Assembly (NCBI GenBank): GCA_041655695.1
Contig: JBBAEW010000003.1
Span: 7,677 to 71,676 of the forward strand
Length of the DNA stretch: 64,000 nt
Direction: 5' to 3'
Source: Saccharofermentanales bacterium
GTDB lineage: Bacteria > Bacillota > Clostridia > Saccharofermentanales > DTU023
Made by a program: the position numbers and the translations under genes. The notes under the pieces are model-generated. The model saw only the letters and a program-made list of their open reading frames with translations, had not been told where the DNA came from and made no database searches. Below are positions 8,797 through 17,390 of this stretch, in pieces. Each line of letters begins with the position of its first letter. Position 1 is the first letter of the stretch.

Positions 8797-9313
8797 ACTC
8801 ATACTGTTTTCGGATCAGGATGCGGGTGATTTCGCCCATGTAGAGGTGATGGAAGCCGCCGCCATACCAGTCTTCAAGGATCCGGTTGCCCGGCAGGAAA
8901 TCCTTGGGCAGGAGCTGGGGTCTTGCCAGCTTGCGGCAAAGGAAAACCTCTTGCGCTTCCAGGAAATAGGGAGTACCGCCCTCATATGCCAGCGTCAGGC
9001 CGCAGGCCGCGATCTTGTCTTCGTCCCTGCCTGACCGGCTGCCGCAGTAGTCGATGATCTGATCGAAGGCCTGCCCTTCCGGCATGACATGGACTGAGAA
9101 GGTCTCGGCCGCCTCCATGAGCTCGAAGGTGAAGCGCTCCGGCCGGACCGCCATGAAGACGACATCCCTGCCCCAGAAGGCGCCAAAACCGCCCCAGCCA
9201 ACAGCCATGGCATTGACCCGGCCGGCCGTTTCCGCGGTCAGGAGGACGCCCCTTCGCATGGTCTGGAAGGGGTTGCCGCAATAATCCCTGGCTTCCATGA
9301 TTTCAAATGACAT
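8795..9313 (-). CDS. flavin reductase-like, FMN-binding split-barrel protein
   Basis: VLLTAE..GRVNAMAVGWGGFG..WGRDVVFMAVRPERFTFELM is typical of the flavin reductase / DIM6 family. Confidence 0.7.
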   Translation of the reverse strand: MSFEIMEARDYCGNPFQTMRRGVLLTAETAGRVNAMAVGWGGFGAFWGRDVVFMAVRPERFTFELMEAAETFSVHVMPEGQAFDQIIDYCGSRSGRDEDKIAACGLTLAYEGGTPYFLEAQEVFLCRKLARPQLLPKDFLPGNRILEDWYGGGFHHLYMGEITRILIRKQYE

Positions 9314-9346
9314 AAGAGCCTGCCTTTCTTGATGGGAGGGACCCGC

Positions 9347-10795
9347 TCAGGTCCGTCTCCAGGTCCTGGGAGAGAAAAAGAGGAGGAAGGGCAGAAGTTC
9401 CAGCCGCCCTGCCAGCATGAGCAGGCTGAGCACCAGTTTGGTGAAGGCGGTAAAGCCGCCGAAGTGGGAGGCGGGTCCGACAGCGGACAGGCCCGGCCCC
9501 ACATTGTTGACCGCAGTGGCCGCAGCCGAAAAAGCAGTCATCAGATCAGGGCTGTCCAGGGAAAGGAGCAGGGTCCCCGAAAGCAGGAAGAAGACATAGA
9601 GGCAAAGATAGCGGAAGAGGGGGAGCAGGGTGCTGTCAGACAGGATCTGCCCGTCCATGCGCACGGACATGATCTGTCTTGATTCACGGGTTTTGAAGAT
9701 CTGCTCACGGGCTGACTTCAGATAGACGACAAAGCGGGAAACCTTGAGGCCGCCCCCCGTCGAACCGGCCGAAGCCCCGATCATCATGACAAGAAGAAGG
9801 ATGACCTGACTGAAAAGAGGCCAGAAGGTGAAGTCGACGGTGGCGTAGCCGGTTGTGCTCATGATGGAGCTGACTGTGAAGAAGGCGTGTTCAGCCGCGT
9901 AGCCGGCGGTCCTTCCCTGGTGGATGAGATTGGCGCCGATGAAGAGGGAGGCTGCCAGGTAGATGCCCAGATACCAGCGGAGTTCCTCACTCTTCACGGC
10001 TTCCCTGATTCCTTTTCGCAAGGCCACGAAATAGACCTGGAAATTGACGCCGAAAAGAATCATGACCAAAGTCAGCACCCAATTAATGTAGGGGCTCTGG
10101 TAAAAGCCGATGCTGGCTGTTTTGTTGGAGAAACCGCCGGTTCCCGCCGCACCCAGGCCGTGGATGAGCGCGTCAAAAAAGGGCATCCTGCCCAGGCAGA
10201 GCAAGATGATGGTAAGCAGGGTCATGACGAAGTAGATGGCGTAGAGAATAGCCGCGGTCTTGCGGATGCGGGAGACCAGTTTTCCGAAGGAGGGCCCCGG
10301 CATCTCGGCCTTCATGAGGCTGCCGGACCCGGATGAGGAATCGGCCGTGATGATGAGGGCAAAGACCAGAACTCCCATGCCGCCGATGAAGTGGGAGAAA
10401 CTCCGCCAGAAGAGAGCGTAGTGGGCCATGGACTCGATATTGGTCAGAATGGTTGATCCGGTCGTCGTGAAACCGGAGACGGATTCAAAGAAAGCGTCAA
10501 CAAAGAAAGGGATCTCCCCCGACAGCATGAAAGCGGCCGCGCTGGCAAGAGAGATGGAAAGCCAGGTCAGGCAGGTGATGACCATGCCCTCCCGGGCCCG
10601 AAGGCCGGGCCTTGGGGGCCTCTTGATGGTCATGAGGCTGCCGGTCAGGGCCAGGGCCGCGGCTGCCGTCCCGAAGCTCTTCAAAGCGGCCAGGCCTTCC
10701 CCGTAAAAGACAGCAACAAAGAGGGGAAGAAGGAATAGCAGGGAACAGATCTGTAAAACCCGCCCCTGAACAAAGCGCATGGCCGGGCCGTTCAA
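9347..10795 (-). CDS. trkH: Trk-type K+ uptake protein TrkH
   Basis: A 482-aa polytopic protein with repeated selectivity-filter-like motifs SGFTTTGST, GTGGFS, TTGYAT and STGGGLK. An ATGA overlap links it to trkA. Confidence 0.9.
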   Translation of the reverse strand: MNGPAMRFVQGRVLQICSLLFLLPLFVAVFYGEGLAALKSFGTAAAALALTGSLMTIKRPPRPGLRAREGMVITCLTWLSISLASAAAFMLSGEIPFFVDAFFESVSGFTTTGSTILTNIESMAHYALFWRSFSHFIGGMGVLVFALIITADSSSGSGSLMKAEMPGPSFGKLVSRIRKTAAILYAIYFVMTLLTIILLCLGRMPFFDALIHGLGAAGTGGFSNKTASIGFYQSPYINWVLTLVMILFGVNFQVYFVALRKGIREAVKSEELRWYLGIYLAASLFIGANLIHQGRTAGYAAEHAFFTVSSIMSTTGYATVDFTFWPLFSQVILLLVMMIGASAGSTGGGLKVSRFVVYLKSAREQIFKTRESRQIMSVRMDGQILSDSTLLPLFRYLCLYVFFLLSGTLLLSLDSPDLMTAFSAAATAVNNVGPGLSAVGPASHFGGFTAFTKLVLSLLMLAGRLELLPFLLFFSPRTWRRT

Positions 10796-12156
10796 TCCCT
10801 GCCTCCCAGTATGTCATCCAGATCAAAGAGCCGGGTGCCGGCCGCGACCACGATGACCCGATCATTGGCCAGAATCTGATCCTGACCTCCGGGGAAGATG
10901 ATTTCCTGGCCGCGGACGATACAGGCCAGGCGGAGGGAGGGGCGCAGATTGAGCTCCAGCAGAGTCTGGCCGATTACCTTGCTTTGGGGCTTGGCAACAA
11001 ACTCCATAGCCTCAACCCGACCTCCCTCGAAGCGGTACAAGGCTTCTACAGCGGATCCCTGTGAGTTATCCAGGGCGCGGATGGAGCGGACAATCCAGTC
11101 GGAGACCAGGTGGTGGGGGGTCAGGATGCTTTGAAGCTCTGTATCGCCCAGGATCTCCAGCAGGCGGGTCCGGTTGATTTTGGTTATGGTTTTCTTGACC
11201 CCGTGGTGCGAGGCGGTCAGGGAGGCCAGGACGTTTTCCTCATCGATACCGGTCAGGGAGATGAAGGCATCATATTGGCCGATATTGCTTTCTTCCAGCA
11301 CCCGCTGGTCTGTGCCGTCGGCCCGGATGACATCCACCCAGGGGTAATGCTCGTAAACCAGGCCGGCCATGGCGCGATCCTGTTCTATCAGGCGGACCGT
11401 GTACTTATTCTTGTTCATGAGCCCCAAAAGCCAGTAGGCGATGGCGCCGCCGCCGGTGATCAGGACTTTGCGGATACTGGGCGCCATGGTATTGGTCCGG
11501 GCATAAAAACTCTGAAGGGCGTCGACGGCGCCTGTCACATGGATGGTGTCCCCGGCCCGGATGGTCCGGCTTCCGTCAGGAATAAAGACCTCCCCGTCTC
11601 TGCGGATGGCGCAGACCATGAGCTGCCGGCCGCAGACCTCCTTGAAATCCAGGAGGCGGAGGTCAGCCAGGATGCTTTTTTCGGGGACCCGGACCCCCAC
11701 AATGTGGACCCGGCCCCGGAAGAAGCTCTCCACACTGGTCGCGGAGGGATAACGGATCATGCGCATGATCTCCTGGGCCGATTCCAGGTTGGGGTTGATC
11801 AGGGAACTGATGCCCAGGCTCTGTTTGGCGGAGGGGGTCAGGGGGGTGTAATCGGGGCTGCCAATCCGGGCGAAGGTCTTGCCGGCGCCCAGTCTCCCGG
11901 CCAGCATGGCCGAGAGCAGGTTGATTTCATCGGAACCGGTCATAGCCAGGAAGGCGTCGCAGTCCGCGGCACCGGTTTGGGCCAGAGCTTCCAGACTGGC
12001 GGCATTGCCCGCGATGCCCGTCAGATCCAGTTCTTCTACAAGAGATTCCAGGAGGTTGGGGTCCTGTTCAATCAGGGTGATATCGTGCCCGTCGGCTACC
12101 AGTTCACCGGCTATGGTTCGGCCATATTTGCCGGCTCCGGCGATTATGATTTGCAT
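10792..12156 (-). CDS. trkA: Trk system NAD-binding subunit TrkA
   Basis: Two RCK_N/RCK_C repeats are present. The N-terminal Rossmann motif is MQIIIAGAGKYGR and the second is VLITGGGAIAYWL. Confidence 0.9.
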   Translation of the reverse strand: MQIIIAGAGKYGRTIAGELVADGHDITLIEQDPNLLESLVEELDLTGIAGNAASLEALAQTGAADCDAFLAMTGSDEINLLSAMLAGRLGAGKTFARIGSPDYTPLTPSAKQSLGISSLINPNLESAQEIMRMIRYPSATSVESFFRGRVHIVGVRVPEKSILADLRLLDFKEVCGRQLMVCAIRRDGEVFIPDGSRTIRAGDTIHVTGAVDALQSFYARTNTMAPSIRKVLITGGGAIAYWLLGLMNKNKYTVRLIEQDRAMAGLVYEHYPWVDVIRADGTDQRVLEESNIGQYDAFISLTGIDEENVLASLTASHHGVKKTITKINRTRLLEILGDTELQSILTPHHLVSDWIVRSIRALDNSQGSAVEALYRFEGGRVEAMEFVAKPQSKVIGQTLLELNLRPSLRLACIVRGQEIIFPGGQDQILANDRVIVVAAGTRLFDLDDILGGRD

Positions 12157-12245
12157 GAAAGGCCTCCGTGGCAGGCAGTGCGATCCTTTTTCGCCTTCTG
12201 CCTCTATATGATTAAGGGTATTCTACCGCAATTTGCCGGCCCAAT

Positions 12246-12271
12246 GAAAAGAGCCGCCCGGCAGGGCGGCC
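12246..12271 (-). terminator. rho-independent terminator candidate after the cell-wall hydrolase gene
   Basis: Stem gccgccc/gggcggc with a 4-nt loop, followed on the minus strand by TCTTTT. Confidence 0.5.
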
Positions 12272-12294
12272 CTGTCATAAGCTTTCCTTTGTCC

Positions 12295-13023
12295 TCAGCT
12301 CTTGGGAGCGAAGAAACGCACAGCCTTTCTCTGAATAACAAATTGCTGTGTTTCGTGCCATTTGCCCCGCACCAGGTTGCTGGCGTAGAAATAATAGATG
12401 GGGTGCTGGACGCCGCTTCCGCCCTCATCAAAGACGTAGGCGACCGCATCCTTGACGGTCTGGGAAACACTGCGCTTAATAGGGGCCGTGTATCCGTACT
12501 TCCGCTTGATCTGGGCGGCGCTGTTGGTGCCTTCCTTGATCATGGAATCCCGGATGCATTGGGCAACCAGGACGGCTCCGATGTAATCGTTGCCCCATTC
12601 ACCCATGACCAGACCCTCCAGGGCCTGTCTGTCTGATACGAGCAGAGGCCGGCCGATATAATCGGGGTCGGGATTCTCAAGAGCAATCAGAAAACGGCTG
12701 TCAGCCGACTGGGCGTTGAGTGCAGGAACCTTGCTTGTCCTGGCGGGCTGGCTGGGAGCCGCGGCGCTTGTGGGAGGCGTGAGCAGCTCGGGGATCAGAC
12801 CGGGGGTCTTGTCCTGGCGGCGGTTGACCTTGTCCGTATCCAGGAGCAGGAGATCCTCTGCCTGATCGAGTTCTGTCGGGGCTTCTTCGTGGACCGGGCC
12901 GGCCGGCGTCCTTTCTTCCTGGGGTTCCGTTCGCTGTAGTGCCGCGACGGGCACGGTCAGCAGCAGGACCAGGGCCAGGATACCGACGGCGATCTTTCTG
13001 TTCTTTTTTATAAAATAGTTCAT
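12295..13023 (-). CDS. secreted/anchored cell wall hydrolase (SleB/Hydrolase_2-like C-terminal domain)
   Basis: The start was trimmed to MNYFIKKNRKIAVGILALVLLL, a signal/anchor sequence. A Pro/Thr-rich spacer follows. The C-terminal domain is ...LEGLVMGEWGNDYIGAVLVAQCIRD.... Confidence 0.55.
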   Translation of the reverse strand: MNYFIKKNRKIAVGILALVLLLTVPVAALQRTEPQEERTPAGPVHEEAPTELDQAEDLLLLDTDKVNRRQDKTPGLIPELLTPPTSAAAPSQPARTSKVPALNAQSADSRFLIALENPDPDYIGRPLLVSDRQALEGLVMGEWGNDYIGAVLVAQCIRDSMIKEGTNSAAQIKRKYGYTAPIKRSVSQTVKDAVAYVFDEGGSGVQHPIYYFYASNLVRGKWHETQQFVIQRKAVRFFAPKS

Positions 13024-13394
13024 ATAGTTTACTTGTTTTTTTCCTTTGTCTTTATTCCTCCGCTCCCGGGCGCAAGCAAAAGACAAAAAAAAACGACAAT
13101 GGGTTGCGCGAGGGGGGAGTTAATTTGACCGCTTCCTAGGATAGACCAAGGGGGCGGGGCTTCAAAGCGTGAAAAAGCCGAATCTGGAGGAGATAAAAGT
13201 GACAATCCTTGTCAGATGACTCAAAAGTTTCTGTGCAAATGACTGTGAAAGCTCATTGTATAATGTATGATTACCACAATATACACAAATTCTTCAGGTA
13301 AAGAAAGCCCGATTTGCCTGTACTTTTCATACACAATGGGGCTAAACTAAGGACAGCAAACACAGGCTCTGCCAACCAAGGGGGATTGTTCTAT

Positions 13395-14477
13395 ATGGAG
13401 AAAAAAGACTTGCTGGATATGATCAAGGCCTATTCGGAGGCCAGCGGTCCGTCGGGTTTTGAGCACCAGGCTGCCGACCGGGTCATTGAATGGAACAGAG
13501 AATTAGGCCAGATCCGGCGCGATACCATGCAGAACGTCTATGTTGACCGTACCGGCAACAGCGGGAAAGGTCTCCGGGTCCACCTTGACGCCCATCTGGA
13601 TGAGGTGGGGCTCATCGTCCAGTCCATCCGGCCAAACGGCATGATGTCCGTCCTGCCTCTGGGATCCTGGGTGGCAGGCAACCTTCCGGCCCATCTCTTC
13701 CGCGTGCGGACACGTGAGGGTCAATGGAGGCCGGCGGTTGCGTCCAGTAAGCCGCCCCACTTTCTCTCGGAAGCAGAGAAAAAACAGGGGGTGACCATGG
13801 AGCAGATCGAGGTGGATGCGGGCGCGCGGTCAGCCAGGGAAGTCTCGGAGGCTTTCGGCATTGATCTGGCGGCCCCCCTGGTGCCCCATGTTGACTGCAC
13901 CTACGATGAAGACCACGATCTTCTCCTGGGCAAGGCCTTCGACTGCCGGCTGGGCTGCGCCGCCCTGACCGCCACGCTCAAGGACCTTGCCGGTCAGTCC
14001 CTGGATATTGATCTGACAGCAGCCTATTCGGTCCAGGAAGAGGTTGGAGGCAGAGGGGCCATGGTGACCGCCCGCCAGATCAGCGCCGACCTGGCCATAG
14101 TCTTTGAAGGGACGCCGGCGGATGATACCTTCGCCTCCCCCGATCAGGGGCAGACAGCCTTGGGCAAGGGTCCCATGCTCCGCCATATGGACCGGTCCAT
14201 GATCACCCATCCGGGTTTCCAGGCCTACGCCCTGGCCCTGGCCAGGAAGCTGGGAATTCCTGTCCAGGAAGCGGTCCGAAGCGGCGGAGGAACCAACGGA
14301 GGCCTGATTCATACCCAGGCTGCCGGGATTCCGACCATCGTCATCGGTATCCCGGTTCGCTATATCCACACCCATTACGGTTTTGCCAAACTTTCGGACG
14401 TAGAAGGAGCGGTCGCCCTGGCGACCGCCCTCATCCAGTCATTTGACAGTCAGACGCTTGAAAGACTGACTTACTGA
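13395..14477 (+). CDS. M42 family metallopeptidase (FrvX/glutamyl aminopeptidase-like)
   Basis: Motifs EASGPSGFE, HLDAHLDEVGLIV, QEEVGGRGA and HT.YG are present. I chose the ATG at 13395 because an AAGGGGGA RBS precedes it. Confidence 0.85.
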   Translation: MEKKDLLDMIKAYSEASGPSGFEHQAADRVIEWNRELGQIRRDTMQNVYVDRTGNSGKGLRVHLDAHLDEVGLIVQSIRPNGMMSVLPLGSWVAGNLPAHLFRVRTREGQWRPAVASSKPPHFLSEAEKKQGVTMEQIEVDAGARSAREVSEAFGIDLAAPLVPHVDCTYDEDHDLLLGKAFDCRLGCAALTATLKDLAGQSLDIDLTAAYSVQEEVGGRGAMVTARQISADLAIVFEGTPADDTFASPDQGQTALGKGPMLRHMDRSMITHPGFQAYALALARKLGIPVQEAVRSGGGTNGGLIHTQAAGIPTIVIGIPVRYIHTHYGFAKLSDVEGAVALATALIQSFDSQTLERLTY

Positions 14478-14483
14478 GAAGCC

Positions 14484-15911
14484 TTATCTGTCCTTCAGGG
14501 CTTCCCGGATCATGCTTTCTGCCAGAATGGGATTGGCGCGGCCTCCCGTCTCTTTCATGATGCCGCCCATAAGTGATCGCAGGGCGCTCTCCTTGCCCTT
14601 GAGGTAATCGTCCACGGCCTTCTGGTTGGCGGAAATCGAGCGCTCGACAGCCGGGGCCAGAAGCTGGCGGTCGTTGATCTGGGCCAGATCATGTTCCTCG
14701 ATGTAAGCTTCAGGATCAAAATCCTCTTCCATCAGGGCTTTGAGTACCTTGCGGCCGGTGTTGCTGTTGATCTTCTCTTCGGCGATCAGATCGGCAAGCC
14801 TGCCCAGACTCAGGGGGTTCAGGGCCGGCCCCGGGGAATCCTCTGTATAGAGGGGGGCCACGTCAGCCAATATGACATTGACCAGGGTTTTGGGATAAGC
14901 GGTCGCGCCGACCGCCTCTTCAAAGAAATCCGAAAGCTCCTTGTCGTCTGTCAGCCGGTCCGCCTCGTAGTCACTCAGCTGGTAGGCTTCCATGTAGCCG
15001 GCCTTCCGTTCATGAGCCAGGCGGGGGATACACGCGCGGACGGTTTCGATCTCCTGGGCCTCGATCTCGACGGGAACCAGGTCGGGGTCATGAAAGTAGC
15101 GGTAATCGGCCGCTTCCTTTTTCCGCATGGAGTAGGTTTGGCCAGTCTTTTCATCAAAGCGGCGGGTCTCCTGAACCAGGCTGCCGCCCTCCTCGATCAG
15201 GGCGACCTGGCGTTTGAATTCGCTTTCGATAGCCCGGGCGACGAAGTTGAAGGAGTTGATGTTCTTGAGTTCGACCCGGGTGCCCAGTTCCGTCTGCCCC
15301 TTTTTGCGGATGGACAGGTTGACGTCACAGCGCAGGGAGCCCTCATTCATTTTGCCGTCCGAGATTCCGGTGTAGCGGGCCATGGCCCGAAGTTTACGAA
15401 GATAGGCAACGGCTTCCTCCCCGGACCGCAGATCCGGCTCGGAGACCACCTCAATAAGGGGAACACCGCAGCGGTTGCAGTCAATCAGGGTGCCCTCGCC
15501 CGGCAGATGGATCAGCTTGCCGGCATCCTCCTCCATATGGATGCGGTTGATGCGGATCTTTTTGGTCTGATCGCCGCTTGTGATTTCGACGTAGCCGTCC
15601 TTGCAGATGGGGAAGAAGTTCTGGGTCACCTGATAGGCCTTGGGCAGGTCAGGGTAGAAATAGTTTTTGCGGTCAAAAGACGAGCGGTGGGCAATGGTGC
15701 AGTGGGTGGCGATCCCGGCCCGGATGGCGAATTCCACCACCTCCCTGTTGAGAGCCGGCAGGGAGCCTGGCATGGCCAGACATACCGGGCACACCTGTGT
15801 GTTGGGGGGAGACCCGAAGGTTGTCGCGCACTGGCAGAAGAGCTTATGCCGGGTCTTGAGTTCAATATGGACCTCAAGGCCGATGACACATTCATAGTCC
15901 TTTATGCTCAT
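14484..15911 (-). CDS. gatB: Asp-tRNA(Asn)/Glu-tRNA(Gln) amidotransferase subunit B
   Basis: The N-terminus YE.VIGLEVHIELKT..KLFC.C, plus PGSLP.LN and the C-terminal YqeY-like tail, identify GatB. Confidence 0.95.
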   Translation of the reverse strand: MSIKDYECVIGLEVHIELKTRHKLFCQCATTFGSPPNTQVCPVCLAMPGSLPALNREVVEFAIRAGIATHCTIAHRSSFDRKNYFYPDLPKAYQVTQNFFPICKDGYVEITSGDQTKKIRINRIHMEEDAGKLIHLPGEGTLIDCNRCGVPLIEVVSEPDLRSGEEAVAYLRKLRAMARYTGISDGKMNEGSLRCDVNLSIRKKGQTELGTRVELKNINSFNFVARAIESEFKRQVALIEEGGSLVQETRRFDEKTGQTYSMRKKEAADYRYFHDPDLVPVEIEAQEIETVRACIPRLAHERKAGYMEAYQLSDYEADRLTDDKELSDFFEEAVGATAYPKTLVNVILADVAPLYTEDSPGPALNPLSLGRLADLIAEEKINSNTGRKVLKALMEEDFDPEAYIEEHDLAQINDRQLLAPAVERSISANQKAVDDYLKGKESALRSLMGGIMKETGGRANPILAESMIREALKDR

Positions 15912-17380
15912 AGAGCCACCTCCGGTGCCAGTGGAATCATACCGTGTTCGTCTTCAAAACGGGCGGCCAGCCGGTAAAGCAGGCCTTCCGAGAAAGGTTT
16001 GCCCATGAGCTGCATGCCGACGGGCAGCCCCTGGCCTGTTAAGCCGACAGGAACGGAAAGAGCCGGGGTCCCGGCCAGGGAAGCCGGGAGCGTAAAGCGG
16101 TCATTGCTGTACTTGTCGCCCCCCAATTCCTCCGGCAGTGTGCCCAGGGGCCAGGCGGGGGTCGCGGTGACCGGGGTCAGGATAGCATGGCAGTCCTGGA
16201 AAATCCGGTCCAATTCCTCTTTGACCAGCATGCGGGCCTGGGCGGCCTTCATGTAGTAGTCCTGGTAATGGTCTTCGGAGAGGGCGAAACAGCCCAGGAG
16301 GATCCGTTCCTTGACCTCGGTTCCCAGGGCCTGGGACCGGGACAGGAAGTAGATCTCTTCCAGGGATTCCGCGTCCGGGCTCCGGTAACCGTAGTGGATC
16401 CCGTCGTAGCGGTTCATGCTGGAGAAACCCTCGGCGCTTGAAAGGATGTAATAGGCCGCCAGAGCGGCATCGATTGTTTTCATCTTGACGGGCAGGATCC
16501 GGGCACCCTGGGATTCATAGAAGCGCAGGGTTTCCTGGAGCATGGCCTGGACAGCAGGATCCAGGTCGTTGGCCAGGACCGCCTCTTCGGGCCAGCCGAT
16601 GACCGGCTGTCCAAAGGCTTCTTCCAGGGAGTCGGCACAGGACCCTCCGCCCCTGCCCCGGCTGTGGACATCCTTTTTGTCCTTGACGGCAATGGTGTCC
16701 AGAACCAGGGCGTTGTCCCGGACACTGCGGGTCATGGGGCCCACCTGATCCAGGGACGAAGCAAAGGTGGTCACTCCCCGCCGGGAGACCAGGCCGTAGG
16801 TAGGCCGCATGCCCACCAGACCACAGAGGGCGGCGGGCTGACGGATGGAGCCGCCGGTATCGGATCCCAGGGCAAAGCAGGCCTGGCCCGAAGCCACGGC
16901 GGCCGCCGAACCGCCCGAACTCCCGCCGGGGACCCGGGTGACATCATAGGGGTTGCGGGTGGGGTGAAAGGCCGAGGTTTCGGTCGAATGCCCCATGGCG
17001 AACTCATCCATGTTGGCCTTGCCGACCAGGACCATCTCCTGCTGCCTGAGCAGGCGCCAGACGAAGGAATCGTAGGGCGGAATGAAATCCGCCATCATGC
17101 GGGAGGCGTTGGTTGTCCGGATGCCCCGGGTGGCCATGTTGTCCTTGAGGGCTCCTGGGATTCCGGCCAGAGGCGGCAGGACCAAACCTTCCTGGAGCAG
17201 GCGGTCCACCCGGTCGGCCTGTTCCAGTGCCAAATCCCGCGTCAGTGTAATGTATGCGCCGATGACCGCTTCCTGACGGTCAATCCGGTCAAAGACGGCC
17301 TCTGTCAATTCGCGGGCGGACAGGCTTCGTTTTCTCAAGGCCTGGGCCAGCTGGCTCAATTCCATGCTTCGATAATCCAT
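15908..17380 (-). CDS. gatA: Asp-tRNA(Asn)/Glu-tRNA(Gln) amidotransferase subunit A
   Basis: The amidase signature GGSSGGSAAAVA...ALGSDTGGSIRQPA is present. An ATGA-type overlap links it to gatB. Confidence 0.95.
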   Translation of the reverse strand: MDYRSMELSQLAQALRKRSLSARELTEAVFDRIDRQEAVIGAYITLTRDLALEQADRVDRLLQEGLVLPPLAGIPGALKDNMATRGIRTTNASRMMADFIPPYDSFVWRLLRQQEMVLVGKANMDEFAMGHSTETSAFHPTRNPYDVTRVPGGSSGGSAAAVASGQACFALGSDTGGSIRQPAALCGLVGMRPTYGLVSRRGVTTFASSLDQVGPMTRSVRDNALVLDTIAVKDKKDVHSRGRGGGSCADSLEEAFGQPVIGWPEEAVLANDLDPAVQAMLQETLRFYESQGARILPVKMKTIDAALAAYYILSSAEGFSSMNRYDGIHYGYRSPDAESLEEIYFLSRSQALGTEVKERILLGCFALSEDHYQDYYMKAAQARMLVKEELDRIFQDCHAILTPVTATPAWPLGTLPEELGGDKYSNDRFTLPASLAGTPALSVPVGLTGQGLPVGMQLMGKPFSEGLLYRLAARFEDEHGMIPLAPEVAL

Positions 17381-17390
17381 TGGATCCCCC

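Noticed and set aside
11110-12636. Further long antisense ORFs, including this 508-aa one. The others are 2992-4194, 14691-15977, 30251-31714, 40463-41854, 44122-45138, 50443-51450, 54596-55513 and 23058-23957.
   Set aside because: All lie opposite genes with unambiguous family signatures (trkA, lplA, gatB, tnaA-like, rpoB, rpoC, clpC, yidC, sbcC). Their frequency reflects the codon bias of a GC-rich genome, not overlapping genes.
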